Assembly: GCF_017643585.1 (NCBI RefSeq)
Contig: NZ_JAEPND010000001.1
Strand: one strand, 5' to 3'
Origin: Maricaulis sp.
GTDB lineage: Bacteria > Pseudomonadota > Alphaproteobacteria > Caulobacterales > Maricaulaceae
DNA length: 64,000 nucleotides
Shown piece by piece: positions 28,781 through 39,772 of this stretch; position 1 is the stretch's first letter, and each line of letters begins with the position of its first letter. A program made the position numbers and the translations under genes. The notes under the pieces are model-generated. The model had not been told where the DNA came from. It did not search any database and was given only the letters and a program-made list of their open reading frames with translations.

Positions 28781-29205
28781 TGGAAAAGCGACTTCGAGAG
28801 GATTATCGCCACTGGCTCGTTCAACCGACACGCTGGGCCGATAATGATATCTACGGCCACGTCAACAACGCCGCCTATTACGGGTTTTTCGACACGGTTG
28901 TGAATTGCTTCCTGATTGAACAGGCCGGACTGGATATCCATGCCGGCTCGGTCATTGGCCTGGTTGTCGAGACGGGCTGCAACTATTTCGCGCCTCTCGC
29001 CTACCCCCAAGCGATCGAGAGCGGCTTGCGCGTTGCGCGTATCGGGTCGTCTTCCGTGCAATACGAACTTGGTCTGTTCGCCGAGGGCGAAAGCGAACCG
29101 GCAGCTCAAGGCCGTTTCGTGCATGTCTATGTCGACCGGCAAACCCGCCGCCCCGTTCCCCTGCCAGCCCCCATGCGCTCTGCCCTGGAGGCAATCCATG
29201 CGTGA
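28780..29205 (+). CDS. hotdog-fold acyl-CoA thioesterase (4HBT/YbgC-like)
   Basis: WADNDIYGHVNNAAYYGFFD motif. ATG 28780 overlaps the ADH stop (TGATG). Confidence 0.75.
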   Translation: MEKRLREDYRHWLVQPTRWADNDIYGHVNNAAYYGFFDTVVNCFLIEQAGLDIHAGSVIGLVVETGCNYFAPLAYPQAIESGLRVARIGSSSVQYELGLFAEGESEPAAQGRFVHVYVDRQTRRPVPLPAPMRSALEAIHA

Positions 29206-29344
29206 GATCCGGCGCCCGGGACTGCTGGCCGGCATTTGCCTGCTAGCGCTGTCACTGATCATTTTTGCAGTTTTCCGGCACTGGCCCGGTTGAAGCGCAT
29301 CTGTGTGATTGACCTGCACCCCAGACAGCGGCATGAGGCCTGAC

Positions 29345-30481
29345 ATGGCAACGCCTCTTGAACAATGGAAAGCCCGGGTCGCAGCCGGAGAGCTTTCTCC
29401 CGACCCTGCCCAGGAACATGCGGCGGAAATCCTGACCATGCTGAGCGTCCAGCTCGCAAGCTGGAAATCCGGACGCAAACCGCTGTTCGGGCGCGCTCAA
29501 GCGGCCCCGCGTGGCCTGTATCTGTGGGGAGGTGTAGGCCGCGGCAAGTCGATGCTGATGGACCTGTTCTTCAAGCATGCGCCCGTCGAGAAAAAGCGCC
29601 GCGTCCACTTTCACGAATTCATGCTGGATGTGCACGCCCGCATCGCCGAATGGCGCAAACTGAAGCCGGGCCAGCGCAAGCGTCGCTCAGAATTTGTCAA
29701 ATCGGCAGGTGATGATCCGATCCCGCCGGTGGCGCGTGCCCTGGTCCGCGACGCAAAACTGCTTTGCTTCGATGAATTCCAGGTCACCGATATCGCCGAT
29801 GCGATGATCCTGGGGCGCCTGTTCGAAGCCATGTTCGATGAAGGCATCGTGGTCGTCTCGACGTCCAACCGGCATCCGGACACGCTGTACAAGGACGGGA
29901 TCAACCGGCAGCTCTTCCTGCCTTTCATCGCCTTCCTCCAACAGCGTCTGGATGTGCACGAGATTGGGGGCGATACAGACCACCGCCTGCGCCAGCTTGA
30001 AGCCGCACCCGTTTATTATTGCCCGCTTGATGCAGAGGCAGATCTGGCCATGGATGACGCCTGGGACCGCCTGACCCAGGGCGCCGCCCCGCAATCCTGT
30101 CAGATCGATGTCAACGGGCGGACACTCAAGGTCCAGCGTGAAGCGGCCGGCGTTGCCCGCTTCACCTTCGAGGAATTGTGTGCCCAGCCGCTCGGACCCG
30201 CGGACTATCTGGCCATAGCCTCGCGCTTCCATACCGTCCTGCTCGACCGGACGCCACGTCTCAGCCCGGACAAGCGCAATGAAGCCAAGCGCTTTGTCAC
30301 GCTCATCGACGCCCTCTACGAAGCCCGCACGAAGCTGGTCATGAGCGCCGATGCCGAGCCCGAAGACCTGTACCCGGCCGGCGATGGCGCGTTCGAGTTC
30401 GAACGCACCGCCTCGCGACTGATCGAAATGCGCACGCACGACTATCTAGCCGCAGAGCGTCAGATCACTGAACAAACCTAG
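29345..30481 (+). CDS. zapE: AFG1/ZapE-family ATPase
   Basis: Walker A GGVGRGKSMLMD and Walker B LLCFDEFQV. ATG 29345 follows GAGG. Alternative starts are ATG 29333 and TTG 29309. Confidence 0.85.
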   Translation: MATPLEQWKARVAAGELSPDPAQEHAAEILTMLSVQLASWKSGRKPLFGRAQAAPRGLYLWGGVGRGKSMLMDLFFKHAPVEKKRRVHFHEFMLDVHARIAEWRKLKPGQRKRRSEFVKSAGDDPIPPVARALVRDAKLLCFDEFQVTDIADAMILGRLFEAMFDEGIVVVSTSNRHPDTLYKDGINRQLFLPFIAFLQQRLDVHEIGGDTDHRLRQLEAAPVYYCPLDAEADLAMDDAWDRLTQGAAPQSCQIDVNGRTLKVQREAAGVARFTFEELCAQPLGPADYLAIASRFHTVLLDRTPRLSPDKRNEAKRFVTLIDALYEARTKLVMSADAEPEDLYPAGDGAFEFERTASRLIEMRTHDYLAAERQITEQT

Positions 30482-30505
30482 TCACAGCCACACGCGGAGC
30501 CCTTT

Positions 30506-31183
30506 ATGTCTCGCTCTATTGGTCTTGATGAAACCCTGACCGCCTATGTCCGCAACGCCAATCGGCAAGAGCACCCGGCACTCGCCGCCTGCCGGGAATT
30601 CACCGCGAATATGGGCCAGATCGCCCGCATGCAGATTTCTCCGGAACAGGGCGCGTTCCTGCAGCTCTGCGCACGCATGGTGAATGCAAGAACAGTGGTC
30701 GAGATCGGCGTGTTCACCGGCTATTCCTCGCTGACCACCCTGCTGGTCATGCAGGAGTTGCACGGCGATGCTGCCCGGCTTTATGCCTGTGACATCAATG
30801 CGGATTACTTCCGCCAGTCCAAACGCTTCTGGGACCAGGCGGGCGTGACGGATCTGATCGAAATGCGCCAGGGCGACGCCGTGGAGACGGTTCACGCGCT
30901 GGTCGAGGACATTCCCGGCGAGGCCGACATGATGTTCATCGACGCCGACAAGGCCAATTACGACACATATTACGAGGCGGGCCTCCAGCTCCTTCGCCCG
31001 GGGGGGCTGATGCTGCTGGACAATGTGTTGTGGTCCGGAGATGTCACGGATGCACGCAAACGCGAAGGGGATCGCGACACCCGTGCGCTCTATGAAATTG
31101 CCGAGAAAATCCGGGATGATAGCCGCGTCGACATGGCCTTTACGGCGATCGGCGACGGTATTCTCATGGCCATCAAGCGCTGA
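30506..31183 (+). CDS. class I SAM-dependent O-methyltransferase (caffeoyl-CoA OMT-like family)
   Basis: VVEIGVFTGYSS SAM motif, FIDADKANY and LLRPGGLMLLDNVLWSG. Confidence 0.8.
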   Translation: MSRSIGLDETLTAYVRNANRQEHPALAACREFTANMGQIARMQISPEQGAFLQLCARMVNARTVVEIGVFTGYSSLTTLLVMQELHGDAARLYACDINADYFRQSKRFWDQAGVTDLIEMRQGDAVETVHALVEDIPGEADMMFIDADKANYDTYYEAGLQLLRPGGLMLLDNVLWSGDVTDARKREGDRDTRALYEIAEKIRDDSRVDMAFTAIGDGILMAIKR

Positions 31184-32042
31184 CGAGGCGACCTTCCAGA
31201 AGGTCGCGGCGGGCCCGCAACCCGTCCGCCAGGAAGTTGAACAGGCTCCGGATCCGCGGCGATGTCAGGAGATCCTTGTGCGTGAGCACCCAGACATCCC
31301 GGCTCGGCCAGGTCTGGTCCGGAATGATGCGCGCCAGATCCGGTTGTGTGTCCGCCAGCGGGCAAGGCAGTATCGCCATGCCCAGACCACGGCGCACCAA
31401 GGCAACCTGGCCCTCCATGCTTTCGGTCTTCCAGATGCGTGAATGCACAGGCAATCCCCGCTCTCGCGCCCAGGCTTCGAGCTCGCCTGGCTCGCCCCAG
31501 CCAATCCATGGCAGGTCCATGGCCTGGTCAACCAGGTCTTTGCGCGCATAGAGCGTCATGTGATACGTGCCGGCGCGCCGCCCGATCAGGTGATCCGGCG
31601 GCGTATTGGAACCCCGGACAGCAATGTCGGCTTCCCGCTTGGTCAGATTGGCCTCGGTCATCGAGATGTCGATATCGAGATGCACTTCCGGATGAACCTC
31701 GTGATACTCTGCCAGGATCTCGCCGAGAAAGCCGCTGAGCATATAGGGCGGAACCGTCAGGCGAACCTCGCCTTCAAGTTCCTCTCCACCCCCAACCAGG
31801 CGGCGCTCCAGGGAATGCACGTCGGTTTCGACCTTGCGGGCCGTGTCCAGCATCTGCTCGCCGGCCGGAGTCAGGATCAATCCGGTTGGCAATCGCTCGA
31901 ACAGCCGGTGGCCGAGACGTTTCTCAAACGATGCAATACGTCGTGATATCGTGCTCTGATCAAGGCCCAGATCAGCTGAAGCTGCCTGAGTGGATCCTGC
32001 TTCCGCGGTGACGAGGAAGGTTTGAAGGTCTCTCCAGTCCAT
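31173..32042 (-). CDS. LysR-family transcriptional regulator
   Basis: N-terminal HTH LQTFLVTAEAGSTQAASADLGLDQSTISRRIASFEKRLG plus a LysR substrate-binding domain. Divergent from the MAPEG gene. Confidence 0.9.
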   Translation of the reverse strand: MDWRDLQTFLVTAEAGSTQAASADLGLDQSTISRRIASFEKRLGHRLFERLPTGLILTPAGEQMLDTARKVETDVHSLERRLVGGGEELEGEVRLTVPPYMLSGFLGEILAEYHEVHPEVHLDIDISMTEANLTKREADIAVRGSNTPPDHLIGRRAGTYHMTLYARKDLVDQAMDLPWIGWGEPGELEAWARERGLPVHSRIWKTESMEGQVALVRRGLGMAILPCPLADTQPDLARIIPDQTWPSRDVWVLTHKDLLTSPRIRSLFNFLADGLRARRDLLEGRLVSA

Positions 32043-32144
32043 GGGCGCACCCTACCCGATGCCTCAGCGCATAACCACCCTGATTACTTGCCGATTGCAG
32101 ATGCGTATTTGCATGCACACAGTGCGGCTCATCAAGCAGGAGAC

Positions 32145-32543
32145 ATGGTGATGACCACAGAATTATGGATGCTCATGGCCGGAGTCGGCATCCTCGCCGC
32201 AGGTATCGTTTCGCAGGGTATAGCCGGGCTCATCGCCTTCGGGCCCCTGCGCCAGGCGGGCGCCCGCGACGAGCCACGCGAACCCGACAAGCTGATGGGG
32301 CGCACAACCCGGGCTGTGCAGAACCAGATCGAAAGTCTGGCCCTGTTCACACCCATCGTCCTGATCGCACACATGCTGGATGCGAACACCGCCACCTCCG
32401 CGTTCGGCGCGACGCTCTATGCAATGTCCCGCGTGATCTACATGCCGGTCTATTGGCTGGGCGTACCCTTCGTGCGCACGCTCCTGTTCACCGGCGGCCT
32501 GGTGGGCACAGTGATGGTGGCCTTGCCGATTTTCTCGTCCTGA
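32145..32543 (+). CDS. MAPEG-family membrane protein
   Basis: 132 aa, 3-4 TM helices, NQIESLALFTP and RVIYMPVYWLG segments typical of MAPEG. ATG 32145 follows AGGAGA. Confidence 0.6.
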   Translation: MVMTTELWMLMAGVGILAAGIVSQGIAGLIAFGPLRQAGARDEPREPDKLMGRTTRAVQNQIESLALFTPIVLIAHMLDANTATSAFGATLYAMSRVIYMPVYWLGVPFVRTLLFTGGLVGTVMVALPIFSS

Positions 32544-32584
32544 AGCTCTTGAGGATTTGCACGCCGCGGTCCAAAAGACCGGGC

Positions 32585-33193
32585 ATGCAAACGCGCTTGG
32601 TCTTTTCTCATCAGCCGGGTTTTCCGAGCCCGGAGACCCTGGCGGACTTTGTTCGCCAGGGCGCACGCGGCGGCCTGACCAATCGTGATGCGGCCCTGTT
32701 TGCCAATGCCATGGAGCAAGGCGCCCTGATTGCCGTTCTGGACAGCGCCGACCAGCTCATCGCGATGGCCGGGATACTGCCGTTGCTGGATGACGAATTC
32801 GAACTGGGCGGCGCCCTCGTCCGCGCCGACATGACCGGATTCGGACTGCAAAAATACATGGTCCAGGCACGACTTGCCGTGTTCGAGGCGCGCCAGATCG
32901 CGGCCTGGAGCGATCTGTATACCGGCGCAGCACACGCCGATTACGGCGCCGGCTCGCGCAAGGCGCTGGCGCAGGCCGGCTTTGTCCCGATCGCCTATGA
33001 AGCAGGCCCGCGGGAGCTTCGGGAGGAGTGCGCGACCTGCACAAAACCCGTCCCGGACGGCAAGACCTGTTGTTACCAGTTTTTCCAGGCGCCGCAGGAC
33101 GGACTGCCGGTTAGCTATACACCGGGGTCCATCAGCATCCGCAATAGTCGGGATGACCGGGTCATGGAACTCGACCTGCCTCCGATCGACTAG
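32585..33193 (+). CDS. hypothetical protein (GNAT-like fold possible)
   Basis: ATG 32585. The upstream part of ORF 32165-33193 overlaps the MAPEG gene out of frame. ELGGALVRADMTGFGLQK resembles an acetyl-CoA-binding loop, and there is a Cys-rich tail CATCTKPVPDGKTCC. Confidence 0.4.
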   Translation: MQTRLVFSHQPGFPSPETLADFVRQGARGGLTNRDAALFANAMEQGALIAVLDSADQLIAMAGILPLLDDEFELGGALVRADMTGFGLQKYMVQARLAVFEARQIAAWSDLYTGAAHADYGAGSRKALAQAGFVPIAYEAGPRELREECATCTKPVPDGKTCCYQFFQAPQDGLPVSYTPGSISIRNSRDDRVMELDLPPID

Positions 33194-33678
33194 GTGTCAA
33201 TCGTCACGCCAAAATCCACCTGTTGGCCGTCCGGACGGTAGAATTTACCAATGGTGAAGGCCTCGGCGCTCGGCCCGTTCCTGTCGAGCTGCTCCAGCCT
33301 CGCCCGCGCTTCCGCCAGATCGGGCTGGTGACCGGCCGGCACCCACCACAACACCAGGTGATGGCTCTCCATCGCCGCGAACCATTCCTTGCGCCGGTTC
33401 ATCACCCGGGCATGGACGGTTTTGTTGACGAAGGTCAGCAGGCTGTCGAGATCCTCCCAGACACTCAGATTGACCAGCAGTCGCGGATCATCGAACGCCT
33501 TGATATCCATGGTGCCAACACCGTCATCGTCGACGAGGCGCCAGACATAGCCCGGCATGCGTTCCGCCATCTGGTTCACAGGCTCGATCATGTCGACGAA
33601 ATCCTTGAATCGCGGATCGTCATTTTCATAGCGCGCGCGGGCTATATTGAGCTCGGCAAGGTGGTATTCGCTCGACAT
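33190..33678 (-). CDS. DUF3291 domain protein
   Basis: HLAELNIARARYENDDPRFKDFVDMIEPVNQMAERMPGYVWRL is the DUF3291 N-terminal signature. Strong SD GGAGGAGAG. Confidence 0.7.
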   Translation of the reverse strand: MSSEYHLAELNIARARYENDDPRFKDFVDMIEPVNQMAERMPGYVWRLVDDDGVGTMDIKAFDDPRLLVNLSVWEDLDSLLTFVNKTVHARVMNRRKEWFAAMESHHLVLWWVPAGHQPDLAEARARLEQLDRNGPSAEAFTIGKFYRPDGQQVDFGVTIDT

Positions 33679-33797
33679 TCATCTCTCCTCCGGTTCGTCC
33701 AACATGTGGGATACAGAGCCCCTGTGCACAATGGCGGGGTCGATGGCGGGACCACGCGACGTCATGTGCACTTGCAGCATGGTGAAAGCGGCGCTAG

Positions 33798-34814
<1,017 letters not shown>

Positions 34815-34838
34815 GCCAAAATGAAGTGCCCAAACAGA

Positions 34839-34874
34839 AAAGCCGCTCATCGAGGGATGGGCGGCTTTTTATTT
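34839..34874 (+). terminator. Rho-independent terminator of mdh
   Basis: 12-bp stem (34839-34850 pairs with 34857-34868, one G-U), loop CGAGGG, T-run 34866-34870 then ATTT. Confidence 0.75.
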
Positions 34875-35065
34875 CCCTACACAAATAGAAATTTGCGAAA
34901 CCGCCTCTCATCGCGTCCGGCACACATAATAGCTGCAACCCGCTGAGGGGCCGCAGAAATAGACACAAAATTAAGCACCGGCGAAAACAGCGCCTGCTTT
35001 AGATCCGATCTTCTGTTAATATGATAAAACTGAGACCGATAGCGGGAACACATTAGACACGGCGA

Positions 35066-35446
35066 ATGTCCGGGGGCGGAGACATAAAATCACTCAACAC
35101 GCACGTTGAGGTGACGTTGAGCGGGGATATTGATCCGCGTCGATTACTGATGCTTGCTCGCCTGATCAACCAGCACGACACCTGGAACGCCCAGCAATCC
35201 CTGATGATCGATGCCAGCGAATGCGACTTTCACCGTTCGCTTCGCGATCTCGATATTCCTGGAGGGGAGTTCGGGTCAGAAGCCCCCGACGCGCCTCGAA
35301 CCGTGTGGATCTGCAAGTCTGATCACTGCAGTATTGCCGCCCAAACGCTTGAAATGCTGCTCAGCCGCTCGGGCGGGTCTCACATCAGCTTTGCGCCGAA
35401 CAAACACGCCGGGCGCACGATGTTCGTGGAACCGCTGGACGCCTGA
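35066..35446 (+). CDS. hypothetical protein
   Basis: 126-aa ORF with a weak SD that follows an AT-rich spacer. It uses more A/T-ending codons than the flanking core genes. No motif recognised. Confidence 0.35.
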   Translation: MSGGGDIKSLNTHVEVTLSGDIDPRRLLMLARLINQHDTWNAQQSLMIDASECDFHRSLRDLDIPGGEFGSEAPDAPRTVWICKSDHCSIAAQTLEMLLSRSGGSHISFAPNKHAGRTMFVEPLDA

Positions 35447-35455
35447 AGACCTGGC

Positions 35456-35962
35456 CTAAAGTCCGCCAACAAGGCCGGCATTGAGCCGCATCAACTCGAA
35501 ACTCACCGTCAGATTGAACGTATGCCAGGCAAACACCGGCCAGAAGAGGTAGCCGGCTGCGCGGGAGCATCGCCCCACAATGCCGGTCACAAACAGCAGG
35601 TAAACCCAGCTTCCCAGTTGCGCGAGGAAGCCCAGCGAGACGTCACGGACACCGAAGAAGAACAGCATGTGCCCCACCAGGGCGGCCAGGGCGCCGGCGA
35701 TCAGCAGCGAACACAGCATGCGCAGCCCGTCGCGGCCACTGCGCTGACAGAGCCACAACGCGATCGCCATGGGCGGGATCATCAGAACATCGATAAGGAC
35801 AGAAAGATTGAACCCCAGCGTCCAGTCCGGTGCGTCCAGGTCCGCAGCCCAGTCGCCACCGCCCGTGGACTGAACCCAGCCCGCCAGACCACCAGCCAGA
35901 CCAGCTGCTGCGATCAGATAGATCAAAAACCGTATCACTCCGGGACGGTTTGCTTCGTCCAT
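35456..35962 (-). CDS. TspO/MBR-like tryptophan-rich membrane protein
   Basis: 168 aa, 5 TM helices, Trp-rich. The C-terminus YLFWPVFAWHTFNLTVSFELMRLN resembles the TspO ...LN....RLN end. Confidence 0.5.
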   Translation of the reverse strand: MDEANRPGVIRFLIYLIAAAGLAGGLAGWVQSTGGGDWAADLDAPDWTLGFNLSVLIDVLMIPPMAIALWLCQRSGRDGLRMLCSLLIAGALAALVGHMLFFFGVRDVSLGFLAQLGSWVYLLFVTGIVGRCSRAAGYLFWPVFAWHTFNLTVSFELMRLNAGLVGGL

Positions 35963-36145
35963 GGTGTGTACAACCCCACTTACTTACCCCTGCGCCTGCC
36001 CAAGCAAGACACGCGCCACAGGGGCTACCCCAATGCCCTCATTTCGTATTCAATCGCTTTGCAGATCCACTGTGCCACTCATATAGCATGAGCGGCAAGA
36101 CCACCTCCCGCGATCCGACGCCGCGCAGATAGAAAGCAGGCCATC

Positions 36146-36688
36146 ATGGACCATCCTCGAATTGAGACAGAACGCCTGCTGCTTCGCTACCCCGAGGAAC
36201 AGGACTTCGAACCCCTGGCGGAGATGATGCAGGATGAAGATGTGGCACGCTTTATTGGCGGGGTGCAGGATCCCGCGATCACCTGGCGCGCCTTCTGCAG
36301 CCTTCTGGGGCACTGGCAATTGCGGGGCTACGGGTTCTTCTCCGTTGTCGACAAGGCGTCCGGCGAATGGCTGGGACGAATTGGACCCTGGTATCCCCAT
36401 CTCTGGCCACAGCCGGAAGTCGGCTGGACCATCAAGCGCGCCGCGTGGGGCAAGGGTTATGCGCCGGAAGCGGCCGCGGCCTGCCTGGACTTCGTGTTCG
36501 ACACCCTGGACTGGCCCTCTGTCATCCACCTGATCGACCAGAAGAACACACCGAGCCAGGCCGTTGCCCGCAAACTCGGCTCCACGGATTCCGGACAGGA
36601 AGTCGAGGTTCCCGGCTTTGGCATCAAGGTCAATGTCTGGGGTCAGACCGCCGACGAATGGCGCGCCAAACGAGCCACGCTGCGCTGA
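36146..36688 (+). CDS. GNAT-family N-acetyltransferase (RimJ/RimL-like)
   Basis: IETERLLLRYPEEQD N-terminus and WGKGYAPEAAAA acetyl-CoA loop. Confidence 0.8.
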   Translation: MDHPRIETERLLLRYPEEQDFEPLAEMMQDEDVARFIGGVQDPAITWRAFCSLLGHWQLRGYGFFSVVDKASGEWLGRIGPWYPHLWPQPEVGWTIKRAAWGKGYAPEAAAACLDFVFDTLDWPSVIHLIDQKNTPSQAVARKLGSTDSGQEVEVPGFGIKVNVWGQTADEWRAKRATLR

Positions 36689-37429
36689 TCAGGCGCCGGC
36701 CGGTGGATCATCCCGCAGCCATCCCGTGACCTGGAAACGGCCCGCACCTGCGAAAGGTGAGACCGGGCTGACCGCGTGAATCTTGCGTCCGTCGAAAATC
36801 GACAACACGTTGAACCGCGGCACAAAGGCCTGGCTGACATCCTGGTTCTCGTCGAGGAACATCAACAGACCGCCCCAGTCGGTCTGCCACCCTTTGGTGA
36901 AGCCAAAGGTCAGGGCCGCGCGACGTTCATTATCCATCCCCTTGTCCACGTGCCGGGTCAGGAAATGACCGCGCGCGTACAGGGTCGCCTGGACATCTGC
37001 CTTGGTGATGCCCGGCACGCCGATAACCTGACCGCCGAATTCCAGGAATTCGGGTGAATTCAGGAACTCGGTCAATCGGTGGATGGGATGGCCGGCATCC
37101 CATTGTTCGACATAGGCGCGGATCATCGGATAGGACGAATACAGGAAGCCGATATTGCGCTGGGCCCGCTGCATCACGCCCTGGATTTTCTCGCGGATAC
37201 CATCGGCACCCAGATCATCAATCTGTGCCTGGGTCAGGCTTTCCACCTGTCCATCACCCATGTCCGTGCTGGGGAAAACCAGCCTCCAATTCATGGTCTT
37301 GGACAAGATTTCATGGATCGCCTCGGCCGTATCCGGCTCGAAAATGTCCGGAATGCGGACCAAGGGATCGCGTTGATAGGCCTCTGCGTAAGCCTGGACA
37401 TCGATATTTGGATTGAGCTTCAGCTCCAT
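36689..37429 (-). CDS. 2OG-Fe(II) oxygenase-family protein
   Basis: HxD in LTRHVDKG and a distal His in KIHAVSPV. ATG 37429 follows GGGGAGGG. Confidence 0.65.
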   Translation of the reverse strand: MELKLNPNIDVQAYAEAYQRDPLVRIPDIFEPDTAEAIHEILSKTMNWRLVFPSTDMGDGQVESLTQAQIDDLGADGIREKIQGVMQRAQRNIGFLYSSYPMIRAYVEQWDAGHPIHRLTEFLNSPEFLEFGGQVIGVPGITKADVQATLYARGHFLTRHVDKGMDNERRAALTFGFTKGWQTDWGGLLMFLDENQDVSQAFVPRFNVLSIFDGRKIHAVSPVSPFAGAGRFQVTGWLRDDPPAGA

Positions 37430-37589
37430 CTGACCCTCCCCAAGGACAGGCATTGCTTTGCGGACAGTCTTTCCTGTGCGCGCGGGTGAGGCAAGGACCC
37501 TGACGCAGTCAACGCGCGCCTGCGACGTGAAGCCCCATTTAAATTGTGGGATTTACGGTCCACATTTGGGAAAAGCGGAGGAGAAAACC

Positions 37590-38429
37590 ATGAAACTGCG
37601 TCGTGTGATTTCTGTTCTCAGTGGCAGCGAAGAAGATACCCCGCTCCTCAACTCGTCCTATTCCCTGTGTGCCGATTATGGCGCACGCTTGGACTCGCTG
37701 TTTGTCCGTCGCAATGCCGCCTCCGGCGGAGACCTTCTGGGGGATGCCTTCTCGACCTATGGCATGGAGGCGGTGCTGGAAGCCCTGGATGACGCAGCGG
37801 TGCTGGCCGCGCGCAAGGCCCGCGCGAGTTATGAAGCACTGGCAGATGATGCCGAACGTGATCACCTGGGCCGGTTCATCGAATTCATCGGATTGCCACG
37901 CAGCGCGATGAGCCAGGAAGGTCGGTTGTGCGATCTGCTGATCATGCCCAAACCCTCTCGCCAGGACTTGCGCAACAAGCTCAACTCGATCGAGACCGCC
38001 GCGTTCGAGTCCGGTCGACCGGTCCTTGTCTTGCCGCTTGATGGCCAGGCCAGCGAGCGCTTCAACGATATCGTCATTGCCTGGGATGGTTCACTCGAAG
38101 CCATGCACGCCGCAGTCGGCTCGATGCCGTTTCTGCAGGACGCCGAACACGTGACCATCACCCATGCCGGCACGGACAGCGAGGCCGCCAACCAGCTGGC
38201 GGACCTGTCCGACTATCTCGAACTGCACGGCATCAAATCCGCGACCCGGTCTGTTGAGCTGTCAGGGAGAAGCATCGCCCGGGCGTTGATTGAAAGCTCG
38301 GACCAGAATGGTGCCGACCTGTTGGTCATGGGCGGCTTCGGAGCCTCTGGCTGGCAACGATCCCTGGGCCGTGACGAGACGACCTGCCTGATCAAGGACC
38401 TTCCCTTCGCCATTCTGCTGGCGCACTAG
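37590..38429 (+). CDS. tandem-domain universal stress protein
   Basis: Two USP halves. The C-terminus DLLVMGGFGASGWQRSLGRDETTCLIKDLPFAILLAH is USP-typical. ATG 37590 follows GGAGGAG. Confidence 0.75.
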   Translation: MKLRRVISVLSGSEEDTPLLNSSYSLCADYGARLDSLFVRRNAASGGDLLGDAFSTYGMEAVLEALDDAAVLAARKARASYEALADDAERDHLGRFIEFIGLPRSAMSQEGRLCDLLIMPKPSRQDLRNKLNSIETAAFESGRPVLVLPLDGQASERFNDIVIAWDGSLEAMHAAVGSMPFLQDAEHVTITHAGTDSEAANQLADLSDYLELHGIKSATRSVELSGRSIARALIESSDQNGADLLVMGGFGASGWQRSLGRDETTCLIKDLPFAILLAH

Positions 38430-38447
38430 AAGGGTCCGCTTCCCTTC

Positions 38448-39182
38448 TCAGTACCAGCCAGCGTCTCGCAGTCTGGGCGCGAATGTCCGGCTGACCGGTG
38501 CGGTGATGCTGTTCTTGAGCGTGAGCTGGGCACGCCCCTGGCCACGCTCAACCTTGAGAACTGCATCCTTGGCAACCCACCAGGAACGATGGGTTTGCTC
38601 TCCCGCCGCGTCCGGCAGCGCCGCGATTGCGTCCCGCAATCGCATGAGGATGAGCGCATCTCCCGCCTCGCAATGCACACGCAGATAATGGTCTTCAGAC
38701 TCCAGGGCGAGGATTGGTGAGCTGCGCAAGCCTGGCGGCAATTGATCGAGAAGCGCCGGTGATGCGACTGCGGCATCGGTCTCCTTGTCCTGCTGTTCGC
38801 CATGACGGCTGGTGAGCCAGCCGATCACACTCACACCAATGGAAATCACCCACACAAATCCGAAGACGACCGGGATTGCCTGTAGCGGGAAACCCGGCCC
38901 CCAGGCGCTCTGTACAAGCAAAACGCCAATCGTCACGGGCACGCTGACAGACAGCGACAGGCACAGGAGGTAGGCCCAGACCGGAATATCGGGTGCCCAG
39001 CGCGCGATAATCGGCTGGATCACGGCTGCAGACCCCCACCCCACAGCCATCAATCCGGTCCAGTAGATATAGCGCAGCCAGATCGGCAGCCGGTCAGTGT
39101 CATAGGGAGCCAGGACGGTCATGAACGCACCAATTGCGATGACCGAGATGACCTCTGAACGATATTTCTGCAGCCAGTTCAT
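38448..39182 (-). CDS. membrane-anchored LytTR DNA-binding domain protein
   Basis: 4 N-terminal TM helices plus a LytTR core LESEDHYLRVHCEAGDALILMRLRDAIAAL...HRSWWVAKDAV. Confidence 0.75.
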   Translation of the reverse strand: MNWLQKYRSEVISVIAIGAFMTVLAPYDTDRLPIWLRYIYWTGLMAVGWGSAAVIQPIIARWAPDIPVWAYLLCLSLSVSVPVTIGVLLVQSAWGPGFPLQAIPVVFGFVWVISIGVSVIGWLTSRHGEQQDKETDAAVASPALLDQLPPGLRSSPILALESEDHYLRVHCEAGDALILMRLRDAIAALPDAAGEQTHRSWWVAKDAVLKVERGQGRAQLTLKNSITAPVSRTFAPRLRDAGWY

Positions 39183-39329
39183 GTGCCACTCGCGATACGT
39201 GAAACGACATCTAGCGCGTTTCACGAAGCAAGGCAGCCCCTTCGCGCAATTGCACTCGCAGGGCGCCGAAACTTGCGGCACTCCGATCCCAGATCCCGGC
39301 GGATCACCATAATAGATTGGAGTAAGACA

Positions 39330-39761
39330 ATGAAAAACATCACCACTGCCCTGTTCGCTCTTGGCCTGTTCACCGCCCCGAACAGTACGGCTCTTGCCGA
39401 TGATACCGAGCTGGTCTTGACCGTGTCATCCATCAATGATCATCAGGGCACCCTCATGGTCGCCGTATTCGACAACGAGGCTGACTGGAATGGTGGATCG
39501 CCTGTTACCGGCGCTCGCATCGATGTCACCAGCGACACCGCATCAGCATCGCTGGGACTCCTGCCGCAGGGCGAGTACGCCATCCGCCTGTTCCACGACG
39601 TCAACGGCAATGGCGAGCTGGACACCAACATGATGGGCATCCCCAGCGAACCGTTCGCCTTCTCCAATAACGCACGCGGCAGTTTCGGTCCGGCGTCGTG
39701 GGCAGACGCCGCCTTCGAACTGTCGGCAGACTCTGGCGCCCACGCCGTGCGCCTGGACTAG
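39330..39761 (+). CDS. DUF2141 domain secreted protein
   Basis: Signal peptide plus GEYAIRLFHDVNGNGELDTNMMGIPSEPFAFSNN, the DUF2141 hallmark. Confidence 0.8.
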   Translation: MKNITTALFALGLFTAPNSTALADDTELVLTVSSINDHQGTLMVAVFDNEADWNGGSPVTGARIDVTSDTASASLGLLPQGEYAIRLFHDVNGNGELDTNMMGIPSEPFAFSNNARGSFGPASWADAAFELSADSGAHAVRLD

Positions 39762-39772
39762 GAGGCCTGCTG

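Noticed and set aside
32165-32584. N-terminal 140 codons of ORF 32165-33193
   Set aside because: It overlaps the MAPEG gene in another frame and is Arg/Pro/His-rich. The plausible start is ATG 32585.
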